From contig NC_086101.1 in NCBI RefSeq assembly GCF_963921235.1, positions 140,740,001 through 140,804,000 on the forward strand: 64,000 nucleotides of DNA, written 5' to 3'. The translations under genes were made by a program, and so were the position numbers. Below, piece after piece: positions 1-13,480 of the stretch. The stretch comes from Mobula hypostoma. Taxonomy: Eukaryota. Within the stretch, counting starts at the first letter, position 1, and every line of letters begins with the position of its first letter. Below the pieces are notes generated by a model. The model saw nothing but the letters and a program-made list of their open reading frames with translations, searched no databases and had not been told where the DNA came from.

Positions 1-1339
1 CAGCACCTGTGAAGAGAGAAACAATATCAATGTAACAGATCAGTAAGCTGAGATAATGCCTTTGTTTCTCTCCTACAGATCATGTCTGGTTTTCTAAGTG
101 CACCCAGCATTTTGCTTTATTACAGATTTCCAACATCTGAAACCTCTTAATGAGGATTTAAGATGTACAACAGACAAGGGAAGGAGGTAAAGAAGGATAT
201 GCTGATTGAATGAGATGATGTGCAACTCAAGTGGAACATAAACACTGGCACAGAGAGTTGAGCAGAATGACTTATTTGCACTGCAGATTCCATGTAACCA
301 CCACTTCAAAATTTCTGAAACAGTCTTTCACATGCAAGCTCATGTGATCCTGCCAGTTGTTTACACACATTGTGAGAAAGAGTACAAGTGCAAATATAAA
401 GTCATTAGACCATCACAAAGAAAAATTAACAGCAGAACCCAAACTCCTAGATGATAGAGAAACTAAAACCGCAATTACTGTTTCTTAGCAGTGAATGAAA
501 GGTTTTCACATTTTTGTACAACTAATTTTAAGATAGATTGCTAGGATTTTGTATGGCTAGGTTAATTAAACATGGAAACCAAGCTGTTAAATGGAGCCAA
601 GATGAAGATCGGCGGGGACTTGACCGAATGGCAGAACAGTCTCTAGGGGTTTGAATGACCTCTTCCTGCCCCTATACTTCTTGCACACGTGGCATTGATG
701 CTTGAATTACTGTAATGGTAAGACATTCAGCGCATTCTATCTTGCCCAAGTGGTTTAGGGTCACTCAGCAGGACACTCAATAGGGGCAAGGAAAAGGCTG
801 CTTTCAAGTTCTAAAATAAGACTTTTGCAGTCTGAAATGACGCAAGTTAAATGCTAACAATACCCCTCCCAATTAGCAAACTGAAATAGTATGTTGAGAC
901 TGGATGCAAATTAGGGATCAAGTAACTTGTTACCATAGAAAGCAATACTATTCCAAACAAATGTGATCATGCCATAGTTAAAACCTAAGCAGCTTTGAAG
1001 AAAGGTTTTGATTGAGCAAAAACACCAAGAGTTCCTTCCCAGCACCATACCTTCTGCTCCTGCCTGAAAACAACGATTTAGAGATTAATTACCAATTGCC
1101 AGGGTGCTGCAGGCTATGGTGAAGCTTCTACAGTAAGCAAGCATTAAAACCATGACCTCAAGTAGCTCAAACGTTTTGGGTTGCCATCTATTATTCAGCA
1201 TATTTGACAAAGGTTGTGATTTCTGCAATATGTTTATCTTCATCACCTTGTTCCTAATTACAGTGGAATTTAGAATGTGTAATAGGTAATTGAAAGTTAC
1301 AGGTCTACTTTAAGAGGGAAATCGAATTCAAGTCAAGTA

Positions 1340-1680
1340 AATAGAATCACAGTCATACAGCACAGAGACAGGCCTTTTGGCCTGTCAAGTCGATGCTAAC
1401 CGATTTACACTAAACTTGTAGTGATCATTTATTCTACTTAAATTCCCATCAATTCATCCCACATTCTACCATTCACCTACATGAGGGGCAATTTATAGTG
1501 GTTAATTAACCTTCCAACCAGCACTCTTGTGGAATATGGGATGAAATCAGAGCACCCAGCGGAAACCCATGCAGCCACAGTGGTAAGGTACAAACTCCAT
1601 ACTAAAAAGACAAAGTCAGGATCGAACCTGGGCTACCGGAGCTGAGAGGTGGTGATTTACTTGCTGGAGTACCACTCTGC
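1340..1680 (-). mobile_element. tRNA-derived V-SINE (HE1-like) with CR1-type 3' end
   Basis: Minus strand has a B-box-like GGTTCGATCC and a V-domain-like TGGGTTTCCGCTGGGTGCTCTGATTTCATCCCA. It ends in a CR1-like GGCCTGTCTCTGTGCTGTATGACT. Confidence 0.6.
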
Positions 1681-2129
1681 CAAGGAGGTTTTGATGTGGA
1701 AATCTCATGACAAGGAAGGAATGCAAACCCTAATTTGTGCACACAAGCACCTACAAAGTGGAAATGCAACAGTGACCAGATAATACATGTTTTAATGGTT
1801 TCGACCAATAACTTAGTCCATGATTTGAAGGAAGACTACCTTGCTTTGTAAATTAGCGACAGTCCTTTGTTGGTCCATTTTCAGCATCCTACAGTACATC
1901 TGATCCTGAACTTTGGTGTTCTGTGGGTACTTCAGTTTATTCACAGGTGCTGAAGATGTGCAAATTAGTAAACTAATTAGTTATTGCAAATAGCTGTGTG
2001 TAGGTGAGTAGCCTGTTGTGAATGCAGAGAATAAAATAGGATTTGTGCAACTGGGTGCTGGATGGCATAGATTCAATGGCCCAAATCGCTCCCTGCCCCC
2101 CATAGTGAATTATTCTATAATTATTCCAC

Positions 2130-3080
2130 AACCTCTACAAACAGTAGATATTGTGTGTTTGGATTTTTCAGAAGTTCTTTGATAATGTCCCACAAGAGAG
2201 GTTAGTATGTAAAATTAAAGCATGTAGAACTAAGGGTAATGCAAGAGAACAAAAAGAAGATTTATTGAGACAGAAAATGGTATGGAATAACTGGAACTTT
2301 GACAGGCACTGATTAGCAGGCTACCTTGGAGACCATTGCTTGGGCCCAACTATTCACAATATACATCAATGATCTAGATTTGAGAACCGAAAGTAATACT
2401 TCTAACTGGGACCAAACTGGGTGGGATTAAGCAAACACTTCAAAATGATTTAGATGAATGGGCAAATACATAGCAGATGCAATATAATATAGAAAATAAT
2501 ATTCAAATGGAGAAAGATTGAAAATGATTGGATGTATAAAAGAACATGGGGTGTCCTTTAATGAATGACTGAAAGCAAACACATAACTGACAGTTAAGAC
2601 AAGAAAAGGTGCACTGACCTTCATTGCAAGAGGCCTTGAAAATAGGCCAAGGACTTATTGTACAGTTAAAATATAAAAGGGCTTGATGATTCCTCACTGG
2701 GCAGAGTATGCGCTGTGTTGATCTAGTCACCGCAGGATACACTTGTCACAGAGGGAGACAACAAAGATTCACCAAACTAAGTATGGAATAAAAGACCTGT
2801 TGCACAAGGAGGAATAGGGTTAACTATACCTGTATTCATTCAGCAGAATGAGAATAGATATGACAAGACTTGACAGCGAGGACATTTCTCCTGGATGAGG
2901 ATTAGAATTAGGAGTCAATTTCAATATATGTTTTATGACAATAGGACTAAAATGAGGATTTTTTTCCCCTATAAGAAATGGTGAACCTGTGAAACTCACT
3001 ACCACCAATGGTCAAACTTAGCAGGTAAGCCAATGTCTAGATACAAAAGGCATCAATGTATATGGGAAGAGAGATCGAAT
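2130..3080 (+). mobile_element. Old CR1 LINE ORF2 (RT) fragment
   Basis: Degenerate 'VDIVCLDFxxxFDNVPHxRL' and 'LGPxLFTIYINDLD' coding remnants with many stops. Confidence 0.7.
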
Positions 3081-3512
3081 ACGCATGTTTCTGAAACAGA
3101 AATTCAACACTGTATGCTTTAAGGCTGCTCTGCCCTTCAATGTCCTTCACCTATTTTCAAAGTTTCATGCACTGAGACAAACTGTACTTCCCTTCACATT
3201 AAAAACAGAATTTACTTTGGTTGTTTGAATCCAGGAATTACACAATTCTCTAGAATTAATGCATAGATATCAGGCACACATAATATGAAATGTTCATCTA
3301 GATATTAAATGGAGACCACTTCTCCAATTACTAGTCAAACCCAGATACTGCATTCATAATTTTCTTATAAATTTATCTCATACAAGGATATTTATAAACA
3401 GTATGTTTAAATTTATGGAAAAAGTCCAAAAAAAATTCAATTTTGTCCAAATGTTGCATTTTAAAATGCCTAAAGAATTTAGGGTACATTTGAAAATGCC
3501 TTACACTTAATA

Positions 3513-3930
3513 GTATGCCTGACTCCCGCCTCCCTAAACAACCACCGTTACAAAGTATACTCCAAGAGGGCAGAAAAAGCACTTCAAAGACAATATCAAG
3601 ACCCACGCGAGGAAGCGCCACATCAACCCGAATGGATGGGAAAAATTAGCACAGGATAGGGAAAGCTGCAGAAGGACTTGCTATGAGGGGACTACACAGT
3701 TCGAAGAATACCTCCACTGTGTCACTAACATTAAGTGGCTTTGATGTAAGTAGAGACTAGGAAAGGCCAAACGAGCTACATCCACCACCTATACCTGCCA
3801 ACACTGCAATAGGGCCTGTGGATCATGGATTGGTCTCTTCAGTCATCTCAAGACCCACAAGTGAACAGATCAACCAGAATCATTCTCAACTACAAGTGAT
3901 CACTGATGATGATGATGACAACGACAACAT
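3513..3930 (+). mobile_element. RTE-clade LINE 3' fragment
   Basis: MPDSRLPKQ remnant, C-terminal zinc finger YTCQHCNRACGSWIGLFSHLKTHK*, and a (GAT)n tail at ~3905-3920. Confidence 0.75.
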
Positions 3931-4994
3931 TTAGTAGAAACAGAAACCAGATCCAAATTTTTAAAAAAGCCTAACTTTGAGTGATTCTTTGAGAGCACAT
4001 TCACCATCAGATACCACGATAAAATTGACCAGCGATATCAGTACCAGTAACAAAAGCAGTAACAATTGAGAACAGTTTTTTTTTTCTATAGTGACTGCAA
4101 CCTGGCAAAGAGATCTCAAAGCAATCTGCAGGAATGCTGTTGCACATATTTGACACTGAGCCGCGCATGTTGATTCCGGAACACAAAACGTTTAGCTGAA
4201 AAGGTATGTTTTCAGAACAGCCTTAAAGGAGAACAGAGTTTCAGGGAGAAATCTACAGGGCCCAAGGTCTTGCAGCTGAAAGCTTGGCTGTCAAAGGTGA
4301 AGCAATTAAACCTGAAGATGATCAAAAGGCCCACACTACAACAGAGTGATCTTGAGTACTTTAGGACATAAAGAAGCTACAGGCATTGAGGGAAGTATAA
4401 CAAAACTATTTGGAAAAACAATTTAAAAAGTGACATGTCAAGGGAAAGAGAGAGAAAGAAATCAGGCTATCCATTGAAGCTTAAAACATATTGTAATTTA
4501 AATGGAAATTCACTAATGATACGAGGATTACCAGTAACAAACACACCACAAACTAGATGAAATTCCATTCAATACAGGAAGGCAATTCATTTGACAGGAA
4601 CTTTTACTGCTATTGTGTGTGAACAATTGATTCTTTCCACACTAATTAGCTAGGAAATATATTATGCAGAATACAACTCATTAGGAATGATTGAGACTCA
4701 CTTGCGATATACAATCCTTCTGATTCACCTACTATGGCTAAGGTTACCTGGCAAGATATTAAGCACTCTTTCACAACTTCAAGACCTGTCAATTTGTGTT
4801 CAACCATGCAAAATGAAGTCATGACTGACATGTCAGAAACACAGCACCCCTTGTCACATAGGAAGTTCCAAAATTACAAAGTGAAAACATATGCATAATT
4901 TGTTTGAACAGTTGGACCAAGATGCCAAAGAACTTCAAAATATTGTTAAATAGTCTTTTACTAAATCACGAGTGAAGACACAGTCATAAGGTCT

Positions 4995-5466
4995 CAAGGC
5001 AAGTCAAATTTTGTCATGTTTACATGTATGGATAGATACAGGTACTGTGAACATCTTGCAAGCAGCAGTATTACCAGCATGTGGGTAAAAACAACACAGA
5101 TGTTAACTGTAAAGAGTGGAAATAAAATAAAGACTGTGCAAGAAAAGACATTTGGGAAGGAGTCTATGTTAGTGCAAGAGTGGTCCGTACTATCCCACAG
5201 ATGAGGTAGGGATAGGGTTGTTGCAGAAAAGTATCTCATCCAGAGGAAGGCACTTTCTTAGTGGTAACACTCAGAGGAGCTTTGAGGAGTTTCCCTGCAG
5301 CACCTGGTAACCCTATGATCACTGTCCTGGAAACCAATGCCAGAACATCTTTCCTAGAGTTTGAACCCTAGCAAGGCATCTGGCCCTGGTGTACCTGGTA
5401 GGGCACTGAAAACAACTGGCAAGAATGTTCAATGACACTTTCAATTTTTTACTGCTGCAGTCGGAG
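4995..5466. mobile_element. Rex1/Babar-type LINE fragments (3' tail on minus ~4995-5260; RT fragment on plus ~5270-5466)
   Basis: Minus-strand ATGACAAAATTTGACTTG tail. Plus-strand 'NPSKASGPGVPGRALK..QLARMFNDTFNFLLLQSE' remnant. Confidence 0.55.
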
Positions 5467-5469
5467 TTT

Positions 5470-5982
5470 AGAGAAATACAGCACAGAAACAGGCCATTTG
5501 GCCCATCTAGTCCATGCTGAAACCAGTTAAACTGCCTACTTCCATTGGCCTGCACTGGAACCAAAGCCTTCCATATCCCTACTATCCATGTACTTATCCA
5601 ATCTTCTCTTAAACATTGAAATCAAGCTCACATTTATATACATTGATGCTCAACACTTTTTATGAAGGTCATTGTGCCAAAAGATTTCTTTATGACCCCA
5701 TCTACCTGTGGTGCCACTTTCAACAAATTATGGACCTGCATTTTCAGGTCCACACTCTTTAGAGGCCTGCTGTTCACTGTGTAAGACCAAACCTGGTTAG
5801 TCCTACCGAAGTTCAAAACTTCACATTTGTCTGCATTAAATTCCATCTGCCGTTTTTCAGACCATTTTTCCAGCCGATACAAATCCTTCTGCAAGCCATA
5901 ACAGCCTTCCTCACTGTCCACGATATCCCCAATCTTGATTCCATTCGCAAATGTGCTGATCCAGTTAACCACATTATTATCA
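5470..5982 (-). mobile_element. CR1 LINE 3' fragment (continues at ~7133-7290 beyond a nested CR1)
   Basis: ORF 5634..5972 'WISTFANGIKIGDIVDSEEG...QMEFNADKCEVL'. The upstream 'VLQGLVLG...INNLD' resumes at 7135-7290. Confidence 0.8.
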
Positions 5983-5989
5983 TTGCAAG

Positions 5990-7135
5990 GGGGATTTTAA
6001 TAAGGCACTTGATAAGGTTCCACATGGTAGGGTTATTCAGAAAGTCAGAAGGCATGGGATCCAGGGAAGTTTGGCTAGGTGGATTCAGAATTGGCTTGCC
6101 CACAGAAAGCAAAGGGTCGTAGTGGAGGGAGTATATTTGGATTGGAGGGTTGTGACTAGCAGTGTCCCAAAAGGATCGGTTCTAGGACCTCTGCTTTTCA
6201 TGATTTTATTAACGACCTGGATGTGGGGGTAGAAAGGTGGGTTGGCAAGTTTACAGATGACACAAAGGTTGGTGGTATTGAGGATTGTCGAAGATTGCAG
6301 ACAGACATTGATAGGTTGCAGAAGTGGGCTGAGAAGTGGCAGTTGGAGTTCAACCCGGAGAAGTGTGAGGTGGTACACTTTGGAAGGACAAACTCCAAGG
6401 CAGAGTACAAAGTAAATGGCAGAATACTTGGTAGTGTGGAGGAGCAGAGGGATCTGGGGGTACATGTCCACAGATCCCTGAAAGTTGCCAGGTAGATTGG
6501 GTAGTTAAGAAAGCTTATGGGGTGTTAGCCTTCATAAATTGAGGGATAGAGTTTAAGAGTCGCGAGGTAATGATGCAGCTCTATAAAACTCTGGTTAGGC
6601 CACACTTGGAGTACTATGTCCAGTTCTGGTCGCCTCACTATAGGAAGGATGTGGAAGCATTGGAAAGGGTACAGAGGAGATTTACCAGGATGCTGCCTGG
6701 TTTAGAGAGTATGGATTATGATCGGAGATTAAGGGAGCTAGGGCTTTACTCTTTGGAGAGGAGGAGGATGAGAGGAGACATGATAGAGGTATACAAGATA
6801 TTAAGAGGAATAAATAAAGTGGACAGCCAGCGCCTCTTCCCCAGGGCACCACTGCTCAATACAAAGGGACATGGCTTTAAGGTAAGGGGTGGGCAATTCA
6901 AGGGGGATATTAGAGGAAGGCTTTTTTTACTCAGAGAGTGGTTGGTACGTGGAATGCACTGCCTGTGTCAGTGGTGGAGGCAGATACACTAGCGAAATTT
7001 AAGAGACTACTAGACAGGTATAGGAAGGAATTTAAGGTGCGGGGGGGAGGTTTTATATGGGAGGCAGGGTTTAAGGGTTGGCACAACATTGTGGGCCGAA
7101 GGGCCTGTACTGTGCTGTACTATTCTATGTTCTAT
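5990..7135 (+). mobile_element. Young CR1 (HER1-like) LINE 3' portion, RT domain to tail
   Basis: ORFs 6223..6495 (KFTDDTKVGG, WQLEFNPEKCEV) and 6570..6992 (LYKTLVRPHLEY, LERRRMRGDMIEVYKI). 3' hairpin GGGCCGAAGGGCC and TTCTATG tail. Confidence 0.92.
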
Positions 7136-7299
7136 CCAGATTATTGATACAGATGACAAATGACGAAGAACCCAGCACCAATCCCTGCAGCACATCACTA
7201 GTCACAGGCCTCCAGTCAGAGAAGCAACCATCTACTCTCTGACTTCTCTCACAAAGCCATTGTCTAATCCAATTTACTACCTCATCCTGAATGCTGAGG

Positions 7300-10200
7300 G
7301 GAAGTTTCCTCTGACTGTTTCTGAGTTTCCTATGTTTTTCCTCGTCTGTTAAGGAACAATTAGTGTGGTGAAAATGGCTCCAGGGGCTGTGTCGTGTTCT
7401 TTGAGATGTGGGAATTCGGGGAGGCACCATCCTCCTAGGTAACCACTTCTGCACTAGGCACACTGAGGTGCAACTATTCAGAACGTGTTCAGGAACAGGA
7501 GCTGCAGACTCATTCGGGAGACTTGAGAAAATGATAGATGAACTAACAGGGAGGTAGTTGCCCTTGGTTGCAGAAGGCAGGTAACTGGGTGGCTGCCAGG
7601 AGAAGAAAGGGAAATTGGCAGTCAGTACAGAGTGGTTGTTCCCCTCAATAATACGAACACTGTCTTTGGATACTGTTCAGAGAGATGACCTACTGGGGAC
7701 GGGGTGGGGGGAGGGGAGGCCACAGTGACAGCGAGCAGTCTCTGGCATTGTGGCTCAGAAGAGGAGAGGGTTGAAGAGGGTTGAAGAGGACTGCAGTAGT
7801 GATTGGAGATTTCATAGTGGAATAGAGATAAGATTCTGTGGAAGTAATAGAGATGATATGTTGCCTCTCAGGTGCCAGGGTCATGAATGTCTTGGATTGG
7901 GTCCACAGCATTCTAGAGGGCGAGGGGAAGCAGCCAGATGTCTTGGTACATATTGGCACAAATGACAAGTAGAAAAGGTGAGGAGCTCCTGAAGAGAGGT
8001 TTAAGGGAGCCAGGTAGAAAGCAGAAAAGCCAGACCTCTAAGGTAGTAGTCTCAGGATTGCTGCTTGAGTCGTGCGTCAATGAGGATAAGAATAGGAGCA
8101 TTTGTCAGATAAATGTGTGGCTGAGAAACTAGTACAGGGGGTAGGGCTTCAGATTTATGGATCACTGGGGTCGCCTCTGGGGAAGGTACGATCTGTACAA
8201 AAGGGATGGGTTATACCTGAACCTGAGGGTGGCTAATATCTGGGGGCAGGTTTGCCAGAGTTGTTCAGAAGGGTTTGAACTAATTTGGCGAAGGTGGGGT
8301 GGGGCTGGAATGACAAGGAAGTAGTTTTACAAACACAGGCAGTGTCTAGTGAGACTAAGCAAGGACAGGCTGCTGGTAGGGCATAATTGCAGCTAATGGG
8401 ATGAATTGTAATGTAAAAGGAGGACATAAAAAGAGTGAGTGTGTTATACTTGAATGCATGGAGTTTACGGTTTATGTAGATGAACTTTAGCACAGTGAGA
8501 GATAGGCACATATGATGTGGGCGTTGCTTAATCATGCCTGAGAGATTAACATCTCTCATGCCTGGGAGCTTAACGTACTTTGAAAAATGATGCATGATCA
8601 GAAGATGTAGAATTGTGGGTAGAGCTAAAAAAGCTGCAAGGGCAAAAAGACCCCGATGGGAGTTGGGTACAGACCTCCAAACAGTAAAGATGTGGGTTAC
8701 AAATTACAAAGGAAGATAGAAAATGCATGTTAAAAGGCAATATTCTGATAATCATGTGCGGTTTTAGTATGCAGGTAGATAGGGGAAAACAAGTTAGTGC
8801 CAGATCCAAGAACGGGAATTTGTAGAATCCCTACAAGATTGCATTTTAGAGCAGCTTGTGGTTGAGCCCACTAGCAGATTCTGAATTGGGTGTTATGCAA
8901 TGAACTGGAGTTTGATAGCTTAAGGTAGAGGAATTCTTGGGGACAGTGATCATAATATGGTAGAATTCCCCCTGCAATTTGTGAAGGACAAGGCAAAGCT
9001 CATTATTACAGTGGCGTAAAGAGAATTAAAGGAATGAGAGAAGAGCTGGGCAGAGTTGATTAGGAGGGAACTCTAGTAGGGATGATGGCAGAGCAGCAAT
9101 AGCTGGAGTTTCTGTGAGCAATTCCGGATAAATACATCCCAAAGAAGTAGTATTCTAAAGGCAGGATGACATAACTGTGACTGACAGAGGAAGTCAAAAC
9201 AAACATAAAAGCCAAAGTGGGCGTGAATAATAGAGCTTAGATGGAATACGAAGGTAAGCTAGCCAATAGTAAAGAGGATACCAAAAGTTTTTTTTATATA
9301 TAAAGTTAAGAGTAAGTATCAGACTGCAGGAGAGGTAATAATGGGGACAAGGCAATGGCTTATGAACTGAATAAGTATTTTGCATCTGACTTTACTGTGG
9401 AAGACATGAGTGTTATGTTGAAAGTTCAAGAACATCATGGGGCAGAAGTGAGTGAAGTTGCCATTACCAGGGAGAAGTTGCTTGGGGAACTGAAAGGTCT
9501 GAAGATAGAAAAATCACCTGAACCAGATGTTCAACACTCTTGGGTTTTGAAAGAGGTGAATTAAGAGATTGTGGGGGCATTAGTAATGATCTTTCAAGAA
9601 TCAATAGATTCTGGCATGATTCCGGAGGACTGTAAAATTGCAAATGTCACTCCAATCTTCAAGAAGGCAGAGAAGCAGAAGAAAGGAAATTATTGGTCAG
9701 TTAGCCTGACCTCAATGATTGAGAAGATGTTTGAGTTGATTGTGAAGGATGTAGTTTTGGTACTTGGAGACATATGACAGAATAGGCCAAAATTATAATG
9801 GTTTCCTTAAGGGAAAAAATTGCTTGACAAATCTGTTGGAATTGAAGAAATAACAAGCAGGATTAACAACGGAGGATCGGTGGATGCAGTGTACTTGGAT
9901 TTTCAAAAATTCTTTGACCAAGTGCTGCACATGAGACCATGATGTTACGGGAAAGGTACAGTATTAGCATGTATAGAGCATTGGCTGATTGGCAGGAGAC
10001 AAAGAGTGGAAATAAGGGGAGCCTTTTCTGGTTACCTGCCAGTGACTAGTTGTGTTCCACAGAGGTCTTTATTGTGACTGCTTTTTAAATTATTTGTCAA
10101 TGATTTGGATGACGGAATTGATGGCTTTCTGGCCAAGTTTGTGGACAACAATAAGATAGGTGGATGGGCAGGTAGTGTTGAAGTAGAGAGGCTGCAGAAG

Positions 10201-10930
10201 GAATTAGATTAGGTGAATGGGCAAAGAAGTGGTAGATGGTATAATGTTGGGAAGTGCATGGTCATGCACTTTGGTAGAAGAAATAAAAATGTAGAATACT
10301 TTCTAAATGGAGAGCAAATTCAAAAATCTGAGGTGCAAAGAGACTTAGAGTCCTTATGCTAGATTTCCTAAAGGTTCATTTGTAAGATTGAGTTAATTGT
10401 GCCAATGTTAGCATTCATTTCGAGAGGACTAAAATATAAAAGCAAGGATGTAATGTTGAGGCTTTATAAAGCACTAGTGAGGCCTCACTTGGAGTATTGT
10501 GAGCAGTTTTGGGCCCCTTACTGAAGAAATTGTGCTGACTGTGCTGACATTGGACAGCATTCAAAGGTGGCTCAGAAAAATGACTCTGGGATTGAAATGC
10601 TTATTATATGAGGAGTGTTTGATGTCTCTGGGCCTGTTCTCACTAGAATTTAGAAGAATAAGGAGGGATCTCATTGAAACCTGTTGTATGTTGAAAGATC
10701 CTGATAAAATTGGATGTGATCTCTTTAGAACTGAGATGAGGAATTTCTTTAGCCTGTGAGTGGTGAATCTAGAATTTGTTCCCACAGGTGACTGTGGAAG
10801 CCAAGTTATTGGGTATATTTAAGGTAGAGGTTGATAGTTTATTGATAAGTCGGCATGAAGGGATACAGGGATGAGACAGGAAGATTGGGGCTGGGACTTG
10901 ATGGGCCTAATGGCCTAATTCTGCTCCTAT
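7300..10930 (+). mobile_element. Near full-length degenerate CR1 LINE (ORF1 SGNH-esterase, APE endonuclease, RT)
   Basis: ORF1 esterase remnants 'LxGARV', 'QPDVLVHIGTN' and 'YKRDGLYLN' at 7860-8225. APE 'LYLNAWS' and 'GDSDHNMVEF'. RT ORFs 9355..9777. CTATGGT tail at ~10910-10930. Confidence 0.85.
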
Positions 10931-11039
10931 GTCTTATGGTCTATGGTCTATTCATTATAGCTCAGCATTGAGCTCTATCATACCCTCAGTTCTAATCAAC
11001 AGGCTCTAAATTCTGGGCCTCTGCACTTCCCTCTGCAAA

Positions 11040-12485
11040 TAGATCCTTGATTTTCTCACCAGGAGACCACAGTCAGTGCTAATTGGAAGTAACACCCCTC
11101 TTCACTGTGCCTCTACTTCCTCAGGAGTCTGCGGGGATTCAGCATCCTATCAAAAACCTTGGCAAACTTCTACAGAAGTGGTTGAAAGTGTGCTGACTGG
11201 CTGCATTATGGCCTGGTATGGAAACACCAATGACTTTGAGCGGTAAATCCTACAAAAGGTAGTGGATTTGGCCCAGTACATCACAGGTAAAGGCCTCTCA
11301 ACTACTGAGCACCTCTACATGAAACGTTGCTCTCCACTCAGGCTCTTTTCTTGCTACTGCCATCAGGTAGAAGATGCAAGTGCCTCAGGACTCACCACCA
11401 GGTTCAAGAACAGTTACTATCCTTCAACCATCAGGTTCTTGAACAAAACAGGATACTTACACTCATTTAAAGATTCTTATCTTGTTATTTCATGTTCATT
11501 ATTCATACCTACATTTGCACAGTTTTCTCCTGTTTACAGTTACTGTTCTATAGATTTGCTAAGTCCATCAATGTCTTCAGCAAATCTTAGGTTTGTGATG
11601 TTTCTCCCTCCGATGCTGACATGTGTCCACATGATCTTCAAGGTCAGCCCTCTTGACAGAGCCTCCACAAAGTTTGAAATGGAAATAAGTGCTGAGAAAA
11701 CCAAGCTCATGACAAATGCCAACGGTGCCATCACAACAGACATCTCAATCCATGGTCAGAAACTTGAGACAGTGCAGCAGTTCAAATACCTGGGGGCCAT
11801 CATCAGTGATGAAGGATCAAGACCAGAAGTGCTGGCAAGAACCGCACAATGACTGCACTTTCCAAACTCAAGACAATATGGAGGGACAGCAACATCACCA
11901 TGAAGTACAAGATCAGACTCCCAGGTGCATTGGTATTCTCCATCTTCCTGTACGCATGTGAGACAAGGACCCTCACAGCAGAGCTACACAGGAAGATACA
12001 GGCATTGGAAATGAGATGCTATCGCAACATCTTGAGCATCTCATACTTGGACCACATCACAAATGAGCAGGTCCACAAGACCATCCAGCACCACATTGGC
12101 CCCCATGAAGACCTTCTCACAACGGTGAAGAAAAGAAAGCTGAGTTGGTACGGCCACGTAACAAGATCCAGTGGCCTTGCAAAGACCGTTCTACAAGGAA
12201 CTATGGAGGGGAAAAGAAAGAGAGGTAGACAGAGGAAAAGATGGATGGACAACATTAGAGAATGGACAGGGAAAACATTTGCGGTGACCCAGGCTCTGGC
12301 ACACAACCGCGACAGATGGAGCAGACTGGTGCAAAGCTTGTCATGATGGCGCCCCAACGACTCCAGCAGGAATTAAGGGCGGAAGGAAGGAAGGAGATTT
12401 GCTAAGTATGCCTGCAGGAAAAGAATCTCAAGGACAGGTATGTACTCTGATAATAAATCTTACTTTTACCTTTTCTTGAACTTTG
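11040..12485 (+). mobile_element. Rex1/Babar-type LINE 3' part, interrupted by an RTE insertion
   Basis: 'ESVLTGCIMAWYG' and 'TTRFKNSYYPSTIR' motifs. The 3'UTR resumes after the TSD at 12395 and ends in AATAAATCTTACTTT. Confidence 0.75.
11565..12394 (+). mobile_element. RTE-clade LINE, 5'-truncated with 5' inversion and 13-bp TSD
   Basis: ORF 11849..12346 (LYACET, HEDLLTTVKKRKLSWYGHV, GRQRKRW). Inverted piece 11565-~11642 encodes VSIGGRNITNLRFAEDIDGL. (GGAA)n tail. TSD AGATTTGCTAAGT at 11552-11564 and 12395-12407. Confidence 0.92.
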
Positions 12486-12489
12486 ACAT

Positions 12490-13480
12490 TCAATACCAGC
12501 ATACCTCACTGATGCACAGATAGTTCACTGCTCTACTCTCCCTACACCCACGACTATGTGGCTAGGCATAGCTCAAATGCCATCTATAAATTTGCTGATG
12601 ACACAACTGTTGCTGGCAGAATTTCAGATGGTGCTGAGGAAACGTACAGAAGTGAGATAGATCAGCTAGTTGAGTGGTATCACAACAATAACCTTGCACT
12701 CAGTGGCAGCAAGAACAAAGAATTTGCTGTGGACAACAGGACAGGGAATCAAAAAGAACACACACCAGTCCTCACTGAGCAGTCTGCAGTGGAAAGGGTG
12801 ACCAGTTTCAATTTCTAGGGTGTCAACATCTCTGAGGATCTATCCTGGGCCCAACTTATTGATGCAATTACAAAGAAGGCATGGCAATAGCTATATTTCA
12901 TTAGGGGTTTGAGGAGATTCTTTGGTATAGATGCATGATGGAGAGAATACTAACTGGTTGCATCATGGTCTGGTATGGAAACACCAATGCCCTTGTATAG
13001 AAAAACTGACAAATGGTAGTGAATGAAGTCAAGTCCATCTCAAGTAAAGCCCTCCCTACACAGAGCACATCTACAAGGAGTGCAAACGGAGGAAAGCAGT
13101 ATCCATAATCAAGGACCTCTACCATCCAGGCTGTGCTCTCTTCTCACTGCTGCCATTGGGAAGAAGGTATAGGTGTCTCGAGTCCCACACTCACCAGGTT
13201 CAGGAACAGTTGTTACTCCCTCAACCAGCTCCTGAATCAAAGTGAATAACTTCACTCACCCAAACATTGAACTGATTCCACAACACATGGATTCACTTTC
13301 AAGGACTCTACAAATCATGTCCTCATATTATTTGTTGTTATTATTTTGTTTTTCTTTTTGTATTTGCAGAATTTGTAGTCTTTTGCACATTGTTTGTCCA
13401 TCTTTTGTGCAGTTTTTCCATCAATTCTATCGTGTTTCTTTGATTTACTGTGAATGCCTGCAAGAAATGAATCTCAGGGT
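12490..13480 (+). mobile_element. Rex1/Babar-type LINE RT and 3'UTR (tail displaced to ~14005-14050)
   Basis: ORF 12558..12818 'KFADDTTVAGRISDG...LVEWYHNNNLAL'. Tail AATAAATTTACTTTGAACTTTGAA lies after the nested CR1. Confidence 0.85.

Noticed and set aside
11262-11852. 196-aa ORF as a single protein
   Set aside because: It is a chance read-through of Rex1 3' sequence, an inverted RTE piece and forward RTE.
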